From the NCBI GenBank assembly GCA_043808155.1, contig JAZDFD010000026.1, positions 1 to 64,000 of the forward strand: 64,000 nucleotides of DNA. Reading direction: 5' to 3'. The first letter of the stretch is position 1. Each line of letters begins with the position of its first letter. The position numbers were made by a program, and so were the translations under genes. This stretch comes from Candidatus Iainarchaeum sp. Lineage in GTDB: Archaea; Iainarchaeota; Iainarchaeia; Iainarchaeales; JAZDFD01. Under the pieces are notes generated by a model that had not been told where the DNA came from, searched no databases, and saw only the letters and a program-made list of their open reading frames with translations. Shown here piece by piece: positions 1 to 9,612 of this stretch.

Positions 1-106
1 AATCCTTGATTTGACATTCAAAATCCCCGATAAGTTTTTTATGAATCGGGCTTAATAAAACGATTTCAATATCACTCATCGGATAACTTTTTTTAGTGGT
101 GGCCAT
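1..106 (-). CDS. 5' part of a probable GNAT-family N-acetyltransferase (runs off window)
   Basis: Manual translation MATTKKSYPMSDIEIVLLSPIHKKLIGDFECQIKD resembles the 'F.C...L' N-terminus of GNAT toxins; TATA-like TTTAAAAT ~22 nt upstream of the ATG. Confidence 0.45.
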   Translation of the reverse strand, partial: MATTKKSYPMSDIEIVLLSPIHKKLIGDFECQIKD

Positions 107-394
107 TAGTTAAATATAATATACATTAAATTTTAAAGGAAACATTTTCTTAGACCTGTCATCCGTACCTTCTCCATCTCCGGGGCGAACTTAAGCCACC
201 TACCCCGCCAAAAGCAGGAAAAGCAATTCCTGAAAATTTGTATAGTGAGGTTTTGGAAAAGCTGAGAACTAAATACGGACGATAGAGTTTTTCTTAGTCC
301 TAGCTTTTTCAGCTTAGGGTTGAATCAGGTCACTCCCAACCAGCCTATCTATTTGAAAGTGCAACAAAACTCAATTATTTTAACTTACTTCTTT

Positions 395-1363
395 TCACAA
401 TTTTTTCACATACTTCAGATAAACTAAAAAGAAACTTCGGTAGGTTTTTTTGTATTTTTCCAGGAAAAATCTTTCAAGATTTTCAGTATAACCGCGGTGG
501 AAGTCCTGAAGGCATTTTATATATGCATTTCTTTGGCTTTTTCTGATTATCAGCGGCGGATAATTATTGTCCAATAAAATTATATCTGATAAAAATCTGC
601 CAACTCGTCCATTACCGTCCTCAAAAGGATGAATTTTCTCAAATTTTCCGTGAAACAAAGCTGAAATTTGTAATGGGTGCATCTTCTCGATTTTTTCATT
701 GTACCATTTTATCAGTTCTTTCATTTCGCTTTCAACTTTTTCCGGAGGAGTTAATTCTGTGGAACTTCCGGGGATGTAATTAGGTATTTTTTTATATCCT
801 GTTCTTATGTCAATATTTTCCATCAGCATTTTATGCATTTTAATTATATCCTTTTCACGTATTTTAAATTTATTTTTCAATATAAGTTCCATTACTTTTC
901 TGCTGTTTCTTGTTTCATAAATCTCCCTTAATTCCTTTCCCTCAATAGTCATTTTGTCAAACATTACAATTGCAACATCTTTCAATGTGAGAGAATTGCC
1001 TTCAATTGCATTGGATTCATAAGTGAAATTCGCAATAAATCTGTCAAAACAATCTTTTTTCTGAGCTTTGCTGAACTTTTTTAGTATGTACTGATAATCA
1101 ACTTTCATATCTTCAATTTTTTCTATTTCGCGTTTATTAAAAATGCTGTGCATTTCATACTTCTTTAATGAAAATTCTGTAAATGCATCTTTTTCCTTTT
1201 CTATTAAAAAATCTAAATACTCGCGTTCAAGCTCTTTTAGATTTTTTTTCTTATCTTTAACAAGCTTTTGAATAGTTTTGACTTTTCCATCAGGAAGTCG
1301 GATGGATTTAGTCAGGTAGTAGTAAGTTCTGCCATTTATTACCTTTTCTTTTAGATAGACCAT
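395..1363 (-). CDS. Fic-domain protein (class II, with internal inhibitory motif)
   Basis: HPFEDGNGRVGR Fic motif; SNAIEGN matches the (S/T)xxxE(G/N) inhibitory motif. Confidence 0.92.
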   Translation of the reverse strand: MVYLKEKVINGRTYYYLTKSIRLPDGKVKTIQKLVKDKKKNLKELEREYLDFLIEKEKDAFTEFSLKKYEMHSIFNKREIEKIEDMKVDYQYILKKFSKAQKKDCFDRFIANFTYESNAIEGNSLTLKDVAIVMFDKMTIEGKELREIYETRNSRKVMELILKNKFKIREKDIIKMHKMLMENIDIRTGYKKIPNYIPGSSTELTPPEKVESEMKELIKWYNEKIEKMHPLQISALFHGKFEKIHPFEDGNGRVGRFLSDIILLDNNYPPLIIRKSQRNAYIKCLQDFHRGYTENLERFFLEKYKKTYRSFFLVYLKYVKKL

Positions 1364-1502
1364 ACAATATAGTTAGACCTACAAATATTTAAATATACGC
1401 TTTTGTAGGGGTATACTGCTCAAGCACATTGAATTTAAGAAAACCCAATTCCCTAGTCCGTACCTGTTTAATGCGAGTGACGGCACCGAGCCAAAGCGAG
1501 AT

Positions 1503-1603
1503 GTCCCACTTCAAGTGGGACCCGCACTAGCCGGGCGTGACGGCTTTCTAACTCAAAACAGTGGCACTTTAGTGCCACCCGCACTAGCCGGGCGTTCGGC
1601 TTT
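1503..1603. repeat. Two tandem copies of a GC-rich hairpin + conserved-tail element
   Basis: GTCCCACTT-C-AAGTGGGAC+CCGCACTAGCCGGGCGTGACGGCTTT (1503-1547) and GTGGCACT-TT-AGTGCCAC+CCGCACTAGCCGGGCGTTCGGCTTT (1561-1603). Confidence 0.85.
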
Positions 1604-3405
1604 TAGATTCCAAAATGCTGTTTTTCTTCAAGTGATTTCTGTTTCAGGTAATCCATGAATTCGAATTTTAGTTTTTCTACTCCTCCGAGAGTGCCTTCGT
1701 TTAGATATTCAATAACATCTCTCAGTAATGCGTTTGCGCCGAGAACCTGAACTAAAATTACATGGTCTGCGCCGTGTTCGTATAATGCGAGTGCATCACC
1801 AAAATAATGTGCACGTGCGAAGATTTTCACGTTTGGATTTAGTTTCTTTGTGAAATTAGTAATAAATAACGATGTTTTTAAATCAGGCAGTGATAAAATC
1901 ACAAGCTTTGCTTTGTTTATGTTTGCTTTTCTCAGAATTTCTTCATTTTCGCCCGAACCGTAAATGCAGTTTATATTTCTGTCAATGCAGGAATAAATAA
2001 CTTCTGAATCATGGTCAATTACAATTACATCTTTCCTTTCTTTTTGTAATGCAACTGCTAAATTTGAACCCATTGTTCCTGCACCAATTATCACAATGTG
2101 GTCATTCATTGTTTTAGGTATTAATTGCAGATCATCAACTTTTCTAAAGAAGCTTTTGCCTAATTTAACTGGTAAAAATCTTGAAAACTTTCGGAATTTT
2201 TTGTAAATTAATGTATTTGAACTCATTAGATAAGGGGTTGTAATCATTGAAAGTGCAATTGTTAAAATAATTATTGAAAACAAAGGTGCAGAAAGCACGC
2301 TCCCAGTCGGATCTGCAGGATTATAACCCTGACTTGCAAGAACTAATGAAAATTCAGAAACCTGCGCAAGTGAAAGTGCAACAGCTAATGATATCTGACT
2401 TCCATAACCTGAAAACAAAGTGAAAATATAAAACAAAAATGGTTTCAGGAAAAACACTGTTAAGAAAATGAAAAGTATGAGTGTAATCGGCAAACCTGCA
2501 AATGAAAATGTTAACTGCATTCCTAATGAAACAAAGAAAATCGTAACAAAGAAATCACGCAGTCCCCTGATTTTACTGAAAATTTCAAAATTGTAAGGGA
2601 GTGCAGACAATGTCAAACCAGCGATAAATGCACCAATTGCAATTGAAAAATCAAGAATAAATGCAATATAGATGAACATAAAACAAACTGAAACTGAGGA
2701 AAGGAAAAGCAATTCAGAATGTTTTACAATTCTTTTAAAGATTCTGGGGAAAACAACTTTTGCAAGAATTATTGCAGAAATCAATAGTGCAATCCCTCTC
2801 AAAAGTGTTGGGAAAAGATAATCAAAGTTATTCAGCTGTCCGATATTTGCAAGTATTGGAAATGCAATAATCACTAAAACATCCTGCACAAGCAAAAATC
2901 CAACCATAAGCCGCCCATGAAGAGTATTTATCTGGAAACTGTCTGAAAGAATCTTAATTACTACCATTGTAGAGGAAAATGCAAGAATCACACCCAGATA
3001 TAACGCGGTTTCAAATGGCAGTATTCCTGTAAAATGATTGAATGCAAGTATTGAAAGAATTGTAATTACAACTTGCATTATTCCCCCCAAAAGCACTATT
3101 TTTCCCATTTTAAACAATTTTGAAATGTCTGTTTCAACACCAACTGAAAACAGCAAAAATGCAATTCCTAATTCGGAAAGAATTTTTATATTAAAATGAT
3201 TCGTAATACCCAAAGGAATGCCAAAAAACTCAAAACCAAGCGCACCAAGCCCTAATGGACCTATAACAACACCTGCTACTATGTATGCCAGAAGATAAGG
3301 CTGCTTTAACCATCTTGCAATTCCTGCAAAAATAGTGGCCATAACAACAATAAGTCCTAAATCTAAAATCAGACCAAAGTCTGTCAGAAGTAATTCTGTA
3401 GCCAT
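1603..3405 (-). CDS. CPA2/Kef-type cation:proton antiporter with C-terminal TrkA-N (RCK) domain
   Basis: ~13 TM segments, GIAFLLFSVGVE and FSSTMVV...QD motifs, C-terminal GAGTMG Rossmann fold. Confidence 0.9.
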   Translation of the reverse strand: MATELLLTDFGLILDLGLIVVMATIFAGIARWLKQPYLLAYIVAGVVIGPLGLGALGFEFFGIPLGITNHFNIKILSELGIAFLLFSVGVETDISKLFKMGKIVLLGGIMQVVITILSILAFNHFTGILPFETALYLGVILAFSSTMVVIKILSDSFQINTLHGRLMVGFLLVQDVLVIIAFPILANIGQLNNFDYLFPTLLRGIALLISAIILAKVVFPRIFKRIVKHSELLFLSSVSVCFMFIYIAFILDFSIAIGAFIAGLTLSALPYNFEIFSKIRGLRDFFVTIFFVSLGMQLTFSFAGLPITLILFIFLTVFFLKPFLFYIFTLFSGYGSQISLAVALSLAQVSEFSLVLASQGYNPADPTGSVLSAPLFSIIILTIALSMITTPYLMSSNTLIYKKFRKFSRFLPVKLGKSFFRKVDDLQLIPKTMNDHIVIIGAGTMGSNLAVALQKERKDVIVIDHDSEVIYSCIDRNINCIYGSGENEEILRKANINKAKLVILSLPDLKTSLFITNFTKKLNPNVKIFARAHYFGDALALYEHGADHVILVQVLGANALLRDVIEYLNEGTLGGVEKLKFEFMDYLKQKSLEEKQHFGI

Positions 3406-3430
3406 TCTATAAAGTATATAATTAGACTAT

Positions 3431-4837
3431 TTAATTGTTTTGATTAACTTTTTTCCATTTAGTGCCCCTGTCAGTGTCATCAAGAACAATTCCCATTTCT
3501 TTTAATTTGTTTCTTATTTCATCTGATTTTGTCCAGTTTTTTTCTGCACGTGCAGTTTCCCTTTCCTGAATTAATTTCTCAACTTCAGAATCAATTTCCT
3601 CAATTTCAAATTCAAATTTCATTGTTCCAAAAACAGTATTTAATTTTTTCAAAAAGGAAATTATCTCTTCTGAGTTTTTCTTGCTGATTTTGCCTTCACT
3701 CATTTGTGAATTAATCTTTTTCATAAACTCAGAAAATGCAGCAACTGCATTTGGCACGTTTAAATCATCATCCAGTGCGGTTTCAAACTTTTCTTTTGTT
3801 TCTGAAATTATTTTTGAAACATCTGCGCTTTCTGTTCCCTGTGCATCCAAAATTCTCTTAACAAACTCATCTGTCCTGTCAATGAATTTTTCAGAATCTT
3901 TAACTCCCTGAATTGTGAAATTTAATTCCTGCCTGTACTGCCCGTTCATTAAAACATGTCTTATTGCACGCGGAGAATATTCTTCTAAATCATTCAGGGT
4001 TTTAAAATTTCCCAAACGTTTTGACATTTTTTCTCCTTCAACAATTAAATATGCATTGTGAATCCAATAATTTACAAACTTTTTTCCAGTTGCACCTTCG
4101 CTTTGTGCAATTTCATTTTCATGGTGCGGGAAAATTAAATCAATTCCACCAGTGTGAATGTCAAAACTTTCACCTAAATGTTTCATACTCATTGCACTGC
4201 ATTCAATATGCCAGCCAGGTCTTCCCTTCCCTAATTCAGTTTCCCAGAACACATTGCCGTCTTCTGTATCCCATGCTTTCCAGACAGCAAAGTCACGCGC
4301 GTTTCCTTTTTCATATTCATCTTGAGAAACACGTGCACCTTCTTTTAATTCATCTAAATCCAAGTGTGCAAGTTTTCCATAATCCTTAAACTTTGTAACT
4401 GAAAAGTAAATACTCTCGTCTGAACTTTTGTAAGCGTAACCTTTCTCAATAAGTTTTTTCACAAGCTCAACAATTTCAGGAATTGTTTTTGTGGCTTCCG
4501 GATAAAAATCTGCTTTTTCAATATTAAGTTTTTCAATATCTTCAAAAAAAGCTTTTTTATATTTTGAAGTGAATTCATCAAGCGAAATTCCTTCGTTTCT
4601 AGAACCATTGATTGTTTTATCATCAACGTCTGTTAAGTTCATAACCTGAGTAACTTTGAAACCTTTATACTTCAGATATCTGTGAAGAATGTCTGCAGCC
4701 ATATATGCCCTGAAATTTCCAATGTGTGCGTAATTGTAAACAGTAGGCCCGCAGGTGTACATTTTTGCATGCTTGTCTTTCAGAGGTCGGAATTCCTCTT
4801 TTTTTCTGCTCAAAGTATTGAATAATTTCAGAGTCAT
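3431..4837 (-). CDS. cysS: Cysteine--tRNA ligase
   Basis: CGPTVY..HIGN, GRPGWHIECSAM, HHENEIAQ, KMSKR. Confidence 0.97.
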   Translation of the reverse strand: MTLKLFNTLSRKKEEFRPLKDKHAKMYTCGPTVYNYAHIGNFRAYMAADILHRYLKYKGFKVTQVMNLTDVDDKTINGSRNEGISLDEFTSKYKKAFFEDIEKLNIEKADFYPEATKTIPEIVELVKKLIEKGYAYKSSDESIYFSVTKFKDYGKLAHLDLDELKEGARVSQDEYEKGNARDFAVWKAWDTEDGNVFWETELGKGRPGWHIECSAMSMKHLGESFDIHTGGIDLIFPHHENEIAQSEGATGKKFVNYWIHNAYLIVEGEKMSKRLGNFKTLNDLEEYSPRAIRHVLMNGQYRQELNFTIQGVKDSEKFIDRTDEFVKRILDAQGTESADVSKIISETKEKFETALDDDLNVPNAVAAFSEFMKKINSQMSEGKISKKNSEEIISFLKKLNTVFGTMKFEFEIEEIDSEVEKLIQERETARAEKNWTKSDEIRNKLKEMGIVLDDTDRGTKWKKVNQNN

Positions 4838-4872
4838 AATATCACTATCTATCTAAAATAATATAAATCAAA

Positions 4873-5775
4873 TCATTTTCCTGCATGTGTAAGAATATCA
4901 ATTACTGTGTTTTCTGCAGTCACGCGGTCTATTTCAAACTGTTTGGGATTTTTCTCTATTCTCAATATCATATTTTCGATTCTTTTTATTAGGTCATCAG
5001 CTTCAGCAATTATTGAATCTCTTGCAGATGTCAAATTCTTCTCTGTCAATAGTTTCTCAAAATGCTCAGACCGATATTTTACTGATTCGGGAGTTTGACC
5101 CCTTAAATAATTATAGAAACTAGCTCTCAAACGCCTCACACCTTTTTCATCAAACTTAACTTGTTTTCCTTTTTGTTCAGATGTTCTAATTTTTTTTGTT
5201 TCATATTGTACATTTTTAATTCTTTTTTGTAAGTATTTAATTGCATTTTCGCGGGTATTCCCGTTTAATGAAGGATTATTGTGCAAAAGATAATTAATTT
5301 CTCTTAATTGCTCATCATTAATTTTGTATCTTTTTTTAATTTCATTAATTACTCTTTTTACATACCCCTCAACAAAATCATTAAAGTCTGGATTTCCCAT
5401 TGCACCAAGTTTAGTCTTTGCTTCTTTTCGCACTTCAAAATATTCTTGGACATCCCCCGATTGTAAATTCAAATGTGCAGCAGACTTTGCAAATAGGTTG
5501 TCTGCAGATTCAAAATATACTTCTGGATTATTAAAATCTGCAGTTTGAAAAAAATAATTGTTTAATTCAAGTATTGAAAGATCTTTTATATCAATCAATG
5601 CCTTTTTTTTACCATTTTCAATCACACTTCTTCTTCTGTGTGTTAAAACTTTAGCTTCTAATCTTTTAATTTCTTTAGCTCTTTGTCTGTCTAATCTTTC
5701 TTTTCTGCCAATGTCCCATATCGGGTCCTGAGTGAATTTTTCCCACTTAGTCCGTTCCCTTTTTTCTTTAGGCAT
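4873..5775 (-). CDS. Hypothetical basic, helical protein
   Basis: 300-aa ORF, TTAAATAA ~21 nt upstream of ATG, no recognisable motif. Confidence 0.7.
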   Translation of the reverse strand: MPKEKRERTKWEKFTQDPIWDIGRKERLDRQRAKEIKRLEAKVLTHRRRSVIENGKKKALIDIKDLSILELNNYFFQTADFNNPEVYFESADNLFAKSAAHLNLQSGDVQEYFEVRKEAKTKLGAMGNPDFNDFVEGYVKRVINEIKKRYKINDEQLREINYLLHNNPSLNGNTRENAIKYLQKRIKNVQYETKKIRTSEQKGKQVKFDEKGVRRLRASFYNYLRGQTPESVKYRSEHFEKLLTEKNLTSARDSIIAEADDLIKRIENMILRIEKNPKQFEIDRVTAENTVIDILTHAGK

Positions 5776-5806
5776 AATAGTATAGAACTTGCTGAATTAT
5801 TTAAGC

Positions 5807-7198
5807 TTATTTGACTGATTTTAGCTTATCTTGCCAGTATTTGCAGATTTTTTCTGTTTTCTTTTCAGCGTGGCCTGTGTATTTCTTCGGGTCTTTGATT
5901 AATGACATCTGTTTGGGTGTGAATTTACACAAATATGGTTTCAGACTCTTGTCATTATCTGCAAGTGAAAATAAATTGATTTTTTTCTTTGCAGATTCCA
6001 AAGTTAATTCACGCACTTTCTCATGTGCATCAGGATGTCCGTGAACTGCAAGAAGAATGTAAAGAGGTTCAGCAGAAATGGAACTTTCATTCTTTTCAAA
6101 GTTCCAGAGCATTGATTCCTTATCAACAACAATACGTGACATTACTTTGTCAAGTCTTCTTACTGTTAAATCAAATCCTGCTAAATATTCAGGTATGAAT
6201 CTTTGTGATGCTGAATTAGTTAAATCTCTCTGATGTTCGGAAATCTGATCCATGTAAAATGTAACAACGCGTGGCATATATTCTTTCCAGAAACTTTTAA
6301 CATTTTCAAAATTAATCGGGTTTCTTTTGTGCGGCATTGTGCTTGAACCAACCTGTTTGCTTTCAAAAACTTCAGCAATTTCATTAATTTCACTTCTCTG
6401 CAGATTTCTCATATCATCTGCGAGATTTGCAAGAACACCAAAGCAGGCATTTACTGCATTTAAATAATTCAGCAGAGGTTCAGGCTGAATTATCTGAGTT
6501 GAAATATAACATGGCTCTAATCCCAAATACTTAAGAACATCATTTTCAAATTTTTCAGGATTTGAAAAAACAAGTGAAGATGCGTTATAAGCACCCACTG
6601 CACCTGAGAATTTACCCTGCAGATATTCTTTTTTCCATTTCACGTTTGTGATGCAATTCCCAAGCCTGTCAACATAACTCGCAATTGCAAAGCCAAAAGT
6701 GATTGGTTCTGCGTGCTGTCCGTGAGTTCTGCCAATTTGTAAGGTTTTCTTTTCACGTAATGCAAGTTTGATAAGTGTTTTCTCAAGTGAAACCAAATCA
6801 GGAAGAAGAACTTTTTCCGCAAAGTCCTTATAACGCAGAGAATTTGCAGTATCAATAATATCTTGTGAGGTTGCAGTAAAATGCACAAAGGGTTTTGCTT
6901 CTTTCGAAACTTTGTTTCTGATGACATTTGCTAAAGCACGCACATCGTGTTTAATTCTGTCTTCCTCAGCATAAACGTCCTCTGCTTTAACTTTTTCACA
7001 TGCTTTAACAATTTCATTTGCAATTTTAGCTGAGCAAATTTTATTTTTTGCAAGTGCTTTTGCAAGCGCTGCCTCAACTTTTGCCTGATATTTAATACGT
7101 GCTTCTTCTGAAAGAAATTCACCTATTTCTTTTACTGCTTTCTTATCACGCCCATAATATCTGTAATCAATCGGATTCAAATAATCAAAATTGTCCAT
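5807..7198 (-). CDS. purB: Adenylosuccinate lyase
   Basis: GRTHGQHA, SSTMPHKRNP fumarase-superfamily signature, purine context. Confidence 0.95.
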   Translation of the reverse strand: MDNFDYLNPIDYRYYGRDKKAVKEIGEFLSEEARIKYQAKVEAALAKALAKNKICSAKIANEIVKACEKVKAEDVYAEEDRIKHDVRALANVIRNKVSKEAKPFVHFTATSQDIIDTANSLRYKDFAEKVLLPDLVSLEKTLIKLALREKKTLQIGRTHGQHAEPITFGFAIASYVDRLGNCITNVKWKKEYLQGKFSGAVGAYNASSLVFSNPEKFENDVLKYLGLEPCYISTQIIQPEPLLNYLNAVNACFGVLANLADDMRNLQRSEINEIAEVFESKQVGSSTMPHKRNPINFENVKSFWKEYMPRVVTFYMDQISEHQRDLTNSASQRFIPEYLAGFDLTVRRLDKVMSRIVVDKESMLWNFEKNESSISAEPLYILLAVHGHPDAHEKVRELTLESAKKKINLFSLADNDKSLKPYLCKFTPKQMSLIKDPKKYTGHAEKKTEKICKYWQDKLKSVK

Positions 7199-7202
7199 TT
7201 TA

Positions 7203-8162
7203 TCACCTGCTTAAAAATTCTCTGTACGCGTCAACAACGTCATCAATGCTTGGCGCGTTCCATATCTTCTCTCCAATCCATGCTTCACAAACTGATTTGT
7301 ACATATTACTCACTATTTCTATTAATTCTTTCGGTAAGGAAGGGGGCACACCCCATTTTTCAGGAGTAATTCCCTTTGTTTTCATTTCCGCAACTTTTTT
7401 GTACCAGTCTGTGTTTTTCATGTAATAATTTCTCATAATCTGTTTGCTTAAATTCAGACCTTTGTAAATCATTCTGTTTTCATCTAACGTACCTGCAACA
7501 TCAACCAAAATAAATTCATTGTCAGGGCTTAAACCAAATTCAACTTTCCCGTCTGCGTGTTCCATTCCAAGTGAGTCTGCTTTTTCAGTTATATAATCAT
7601 TAATAATATTCAGCTTGTCTTTCAATTCATTTATTTTAGCTTCTGAGAGTTTTGCAATTTTTCCTGCTTCGTTCCAGTCAATGTATCTGTCTAATCTTTC
7701 AAGTTTTGTACTTACATCTAAAATTGGTTTTTCCAATTTTGCACCTGGTTCAGGAGTAAAATTAATTCCTAATTTTTTCCAGCTGGTTTCTTTGCGTTCA
7801 ACTCTTTTGAAAACACTGCTGCCCTCTGGCAGTGAATTTCTGAAAATCAATTCAAGAGGCACTAAATAGTTTCTTGCACCTTCCTGTAATTCATTTCTTT
7901 CAGGATTTAAAACTCTCACAATATTAACTTCCATCTCATTTCCGGAAATCAATTTTCTAAAATGTGATTTCACACCGAGTTTTTCAAGTTCTTTGAAGTT
8001 GTAGGCTGCCATTCTGCACAGGCTTTCACCTTTTCCGGGGATTGTGTCCGGCATCTTTCCGTAATCAAAAGCAGAATAATCATCTGTAAATTTAAAAATC
8101 CCCACTCCGAGTTCATTTTTTGTTGCTTTTTTTTCAACAATTAAATCTTTCACTGATCCCAT
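7203..8162 (-). CDS. purC: SAICAR synthetase (long form)
   Basis: MGSVKDL, FTDDYSAFD, DGKVEFG, GTLDENR. Confidence 0.93.
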   Translation of the reverse strand: MGSVKDLIVEKKATKNELGVGIFKFTDDYSAFDYGKMPDTIPGKGESLCRMAAYNFKELEKLGVKSHFRKLISGNEMEVNIVRVLNPERNELQEGARNYLVPLELIFRNSLPEGSSVFKRVERKETSWKKLGINFTPEPGAKLEKPILDVSTKLERLDRYIDWNEAGKIAKLSEAKINELKDKLNIINDYITEKADSLGMEHADGKVEFGLSPDNEFILVDVAGTLDENRMIYKGLNLSKQIMRNYYMKNTDWYKKVAEMKTKGITPEKWGVPPSLPKELIEIVSNMYKSVCEAWIGEKIWNAPSIDDVVDAYREFLSR

Positions 8163-8166
8163 AATC

Positions 8167-8754
8167 TCACGCCCGCTTCATTTTTTTGATTATTGCCTCA
8201 CTATTAATAATTTCACCAACTGAGTTCTTAAAAGTTTGGCGCATAAGAAGTTCGTGAATTTTTTCCCTGTGTGAACTCACTGCATCCTTAACAATCACAA
8301 CCTGATAATTTCTCTGCAAAGCATCTAATGCAGTCATATAAACACACCAGTGCGTAAGAAGCCCTGTAATCACTAAAGTTTTCACTTTTTTCTTCTTCAG
8401 AAGTTTCTCAAGATTTGTTTTATAGAATGCACTGAAATGTTTCTTTTTTATTATAAAATCACTCTTTTTTTTCAAACCATCCACTTCTTCAGCGCTTTTA
8501 CTGCCCTGCAAAAATTCTTTTCTATTCAAAATCCTGTCAACAGGAGTCCATCTTCTTTTTGTTTTTGGTTTCACATAAAGAGTATGAATAACCGGAAATT
8601 TCAGTTCTCGGAAACAATCAGCAATTTTCTTTATTTTAGGGGTAATTCTTTTATGCTTGGAGTATGTTTCAATTGCCCCTTTTTGAACATCAATAATCAG
8701 CAAAGCCGCTTTTCCGTAACTTTTCCATTTGATTGCGGCTTCTTTTTTTTGCAT
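8167..8754 (-). CDS. Isochorismatase-family cysteine hydrolase
   Basis: ALLIIDVQ, KKHFSAF, GLLTHWCV catalytic Asp/Lys/Cys pattern. Confidence 0.88.
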   Translation of the reverse strand: MQKKEAAIKWKSYGKAALLIIDVQKGAIETYSKHKRITPKIKKIADCFRELKFPVIHTLYVKPKTKRRWTPVDRILNRKEFLQGSKSAEEVDGLKKKSDFIIKKKHFSAFYKTNLEKLLKKKKVKTLVITGLLTHWCVYMTALDALQRNYQVVIVKDAVSSHREKIHELLMRQTFKNSVGEIINSEAIIKKMKRA

Positions 8755-8760
8755 AACTTG

Positions 8761-9561
8761 TTACCTTTTCTCAGTATCTGAATCAAGCACTTTTATTTTC
8801 AGTTCATCTCTGTATTCTCTGAGTGTGTCACTATATTTTCCCTGAGTGTTAATTATTTCAACTGCAGCTAATGCTGCATTTTCCCCTCTATTCAGCCCGA
8901 CCCACAACCCTGAGTTTGCAAGTTTCATTGCAGTTAATGCGTCTTCTTTTTTAGATTCTTTTGCAACAGGAACATAAATTGTTGTTTTCCCATTTCTTTC
9001 TTGAGGTTTTCCTTCACCTAATTTAACAAATTCAATGTAAACAGTCTGCTCGTTTCTTGCTTCTTTACCTTTCATTACTGCATGGCTTACGTTAAATGAA
9101 TCTAATATTTTTTTTGTTTTTTCAATTGCACTTATAATTGCAGGATCATCACTATTTTTTATAATTGCAATAAAATTATTTTCTGCAAGAATTTCTATTG
9201 CATATGCTGCAGCTTCTTTTGCATTGTCAACGCCCACAGCTAAAACAGGGATTCCGGGGGGCATTTGTGCAATACTCAGAAATGCATCAAGCCCTTCATA
9301 GTTTCCTGATACAGGGACACCAATAACAGGTTTCAAAGTATGTGATGCCACAATTCCGGGAAGGGCAGCACTTAAACCCGCGCCAGCGATTATCACGTCA
9401 GCATCAGTATTTTTGACAATCTTCTCCACTTCTTTGGGAGTTCTGTGGGCAGAAGCAATCTTCAGCTCAAATGCAACTGCTTTTGCCTCTAATTCAGTAA
9501 TTATCGCATTATAAACTCTAGAATCAGACCGCGAACCGAACAATAAAAGCACTTTCTTCAT
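8761..9561 (-). CDS. purE: AIR carboxylase PurE with a second degenerate PurE-like domain
   Basis: GSRSD, SAHRTP, AGLSAALPG, PVIGVP, QMPPGIPV; C-terminal half ends VGLNRGENAALAAVEII. Confidence 0.9.
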   Translation of the reverse strand: MKKVLLLFGSRSDSRVYNAIITELEAKAVAFELKIASAHRTPKEVEKIVKNTDADVIIAGAGLSAALPGIVASHTLKPVIGVPVSGNYEGLDAFLSIAQMPPGIPVLAVGVDNAKEAAAYAIEILAENNFIAIIKNSDDPAIISAIEKTKKILDSFNVSHAVMKGKEARNEQTVYIEFVKLGEGKPQERNGKTTIYVPVAKESKKEDALTAMKLANSGLWVGLNRGENAALAAVEIINTQGKYSDTLREYRDELKIKVLDSDTEKR

Positions 9562-9612
9562 AGGAAATTCTAGTTACAACTTAATAAAAAAGTAACGCGC
9601 CTAAGTTTTTCT

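Noticed and set aside
150-350. SRP RNA or RNase P RNA
   Set aside because: Not GC-rich enough and lacks SRP helix 8 and RNase P P4 signatures
1503-1603. Mini CRISPR array or integron attC sites
   Set aside because: Only two adjacent units, 'spacers' are themselves palindromes, no cas or integrase genes, no RYYYAAC/GTTRRRY ends
9594-9605. AACGCGCCTAAG shared with ~62769 as a purine-regulon operator
   Set aside because: Not found upstream of the other pur operons; two copies are insufficient
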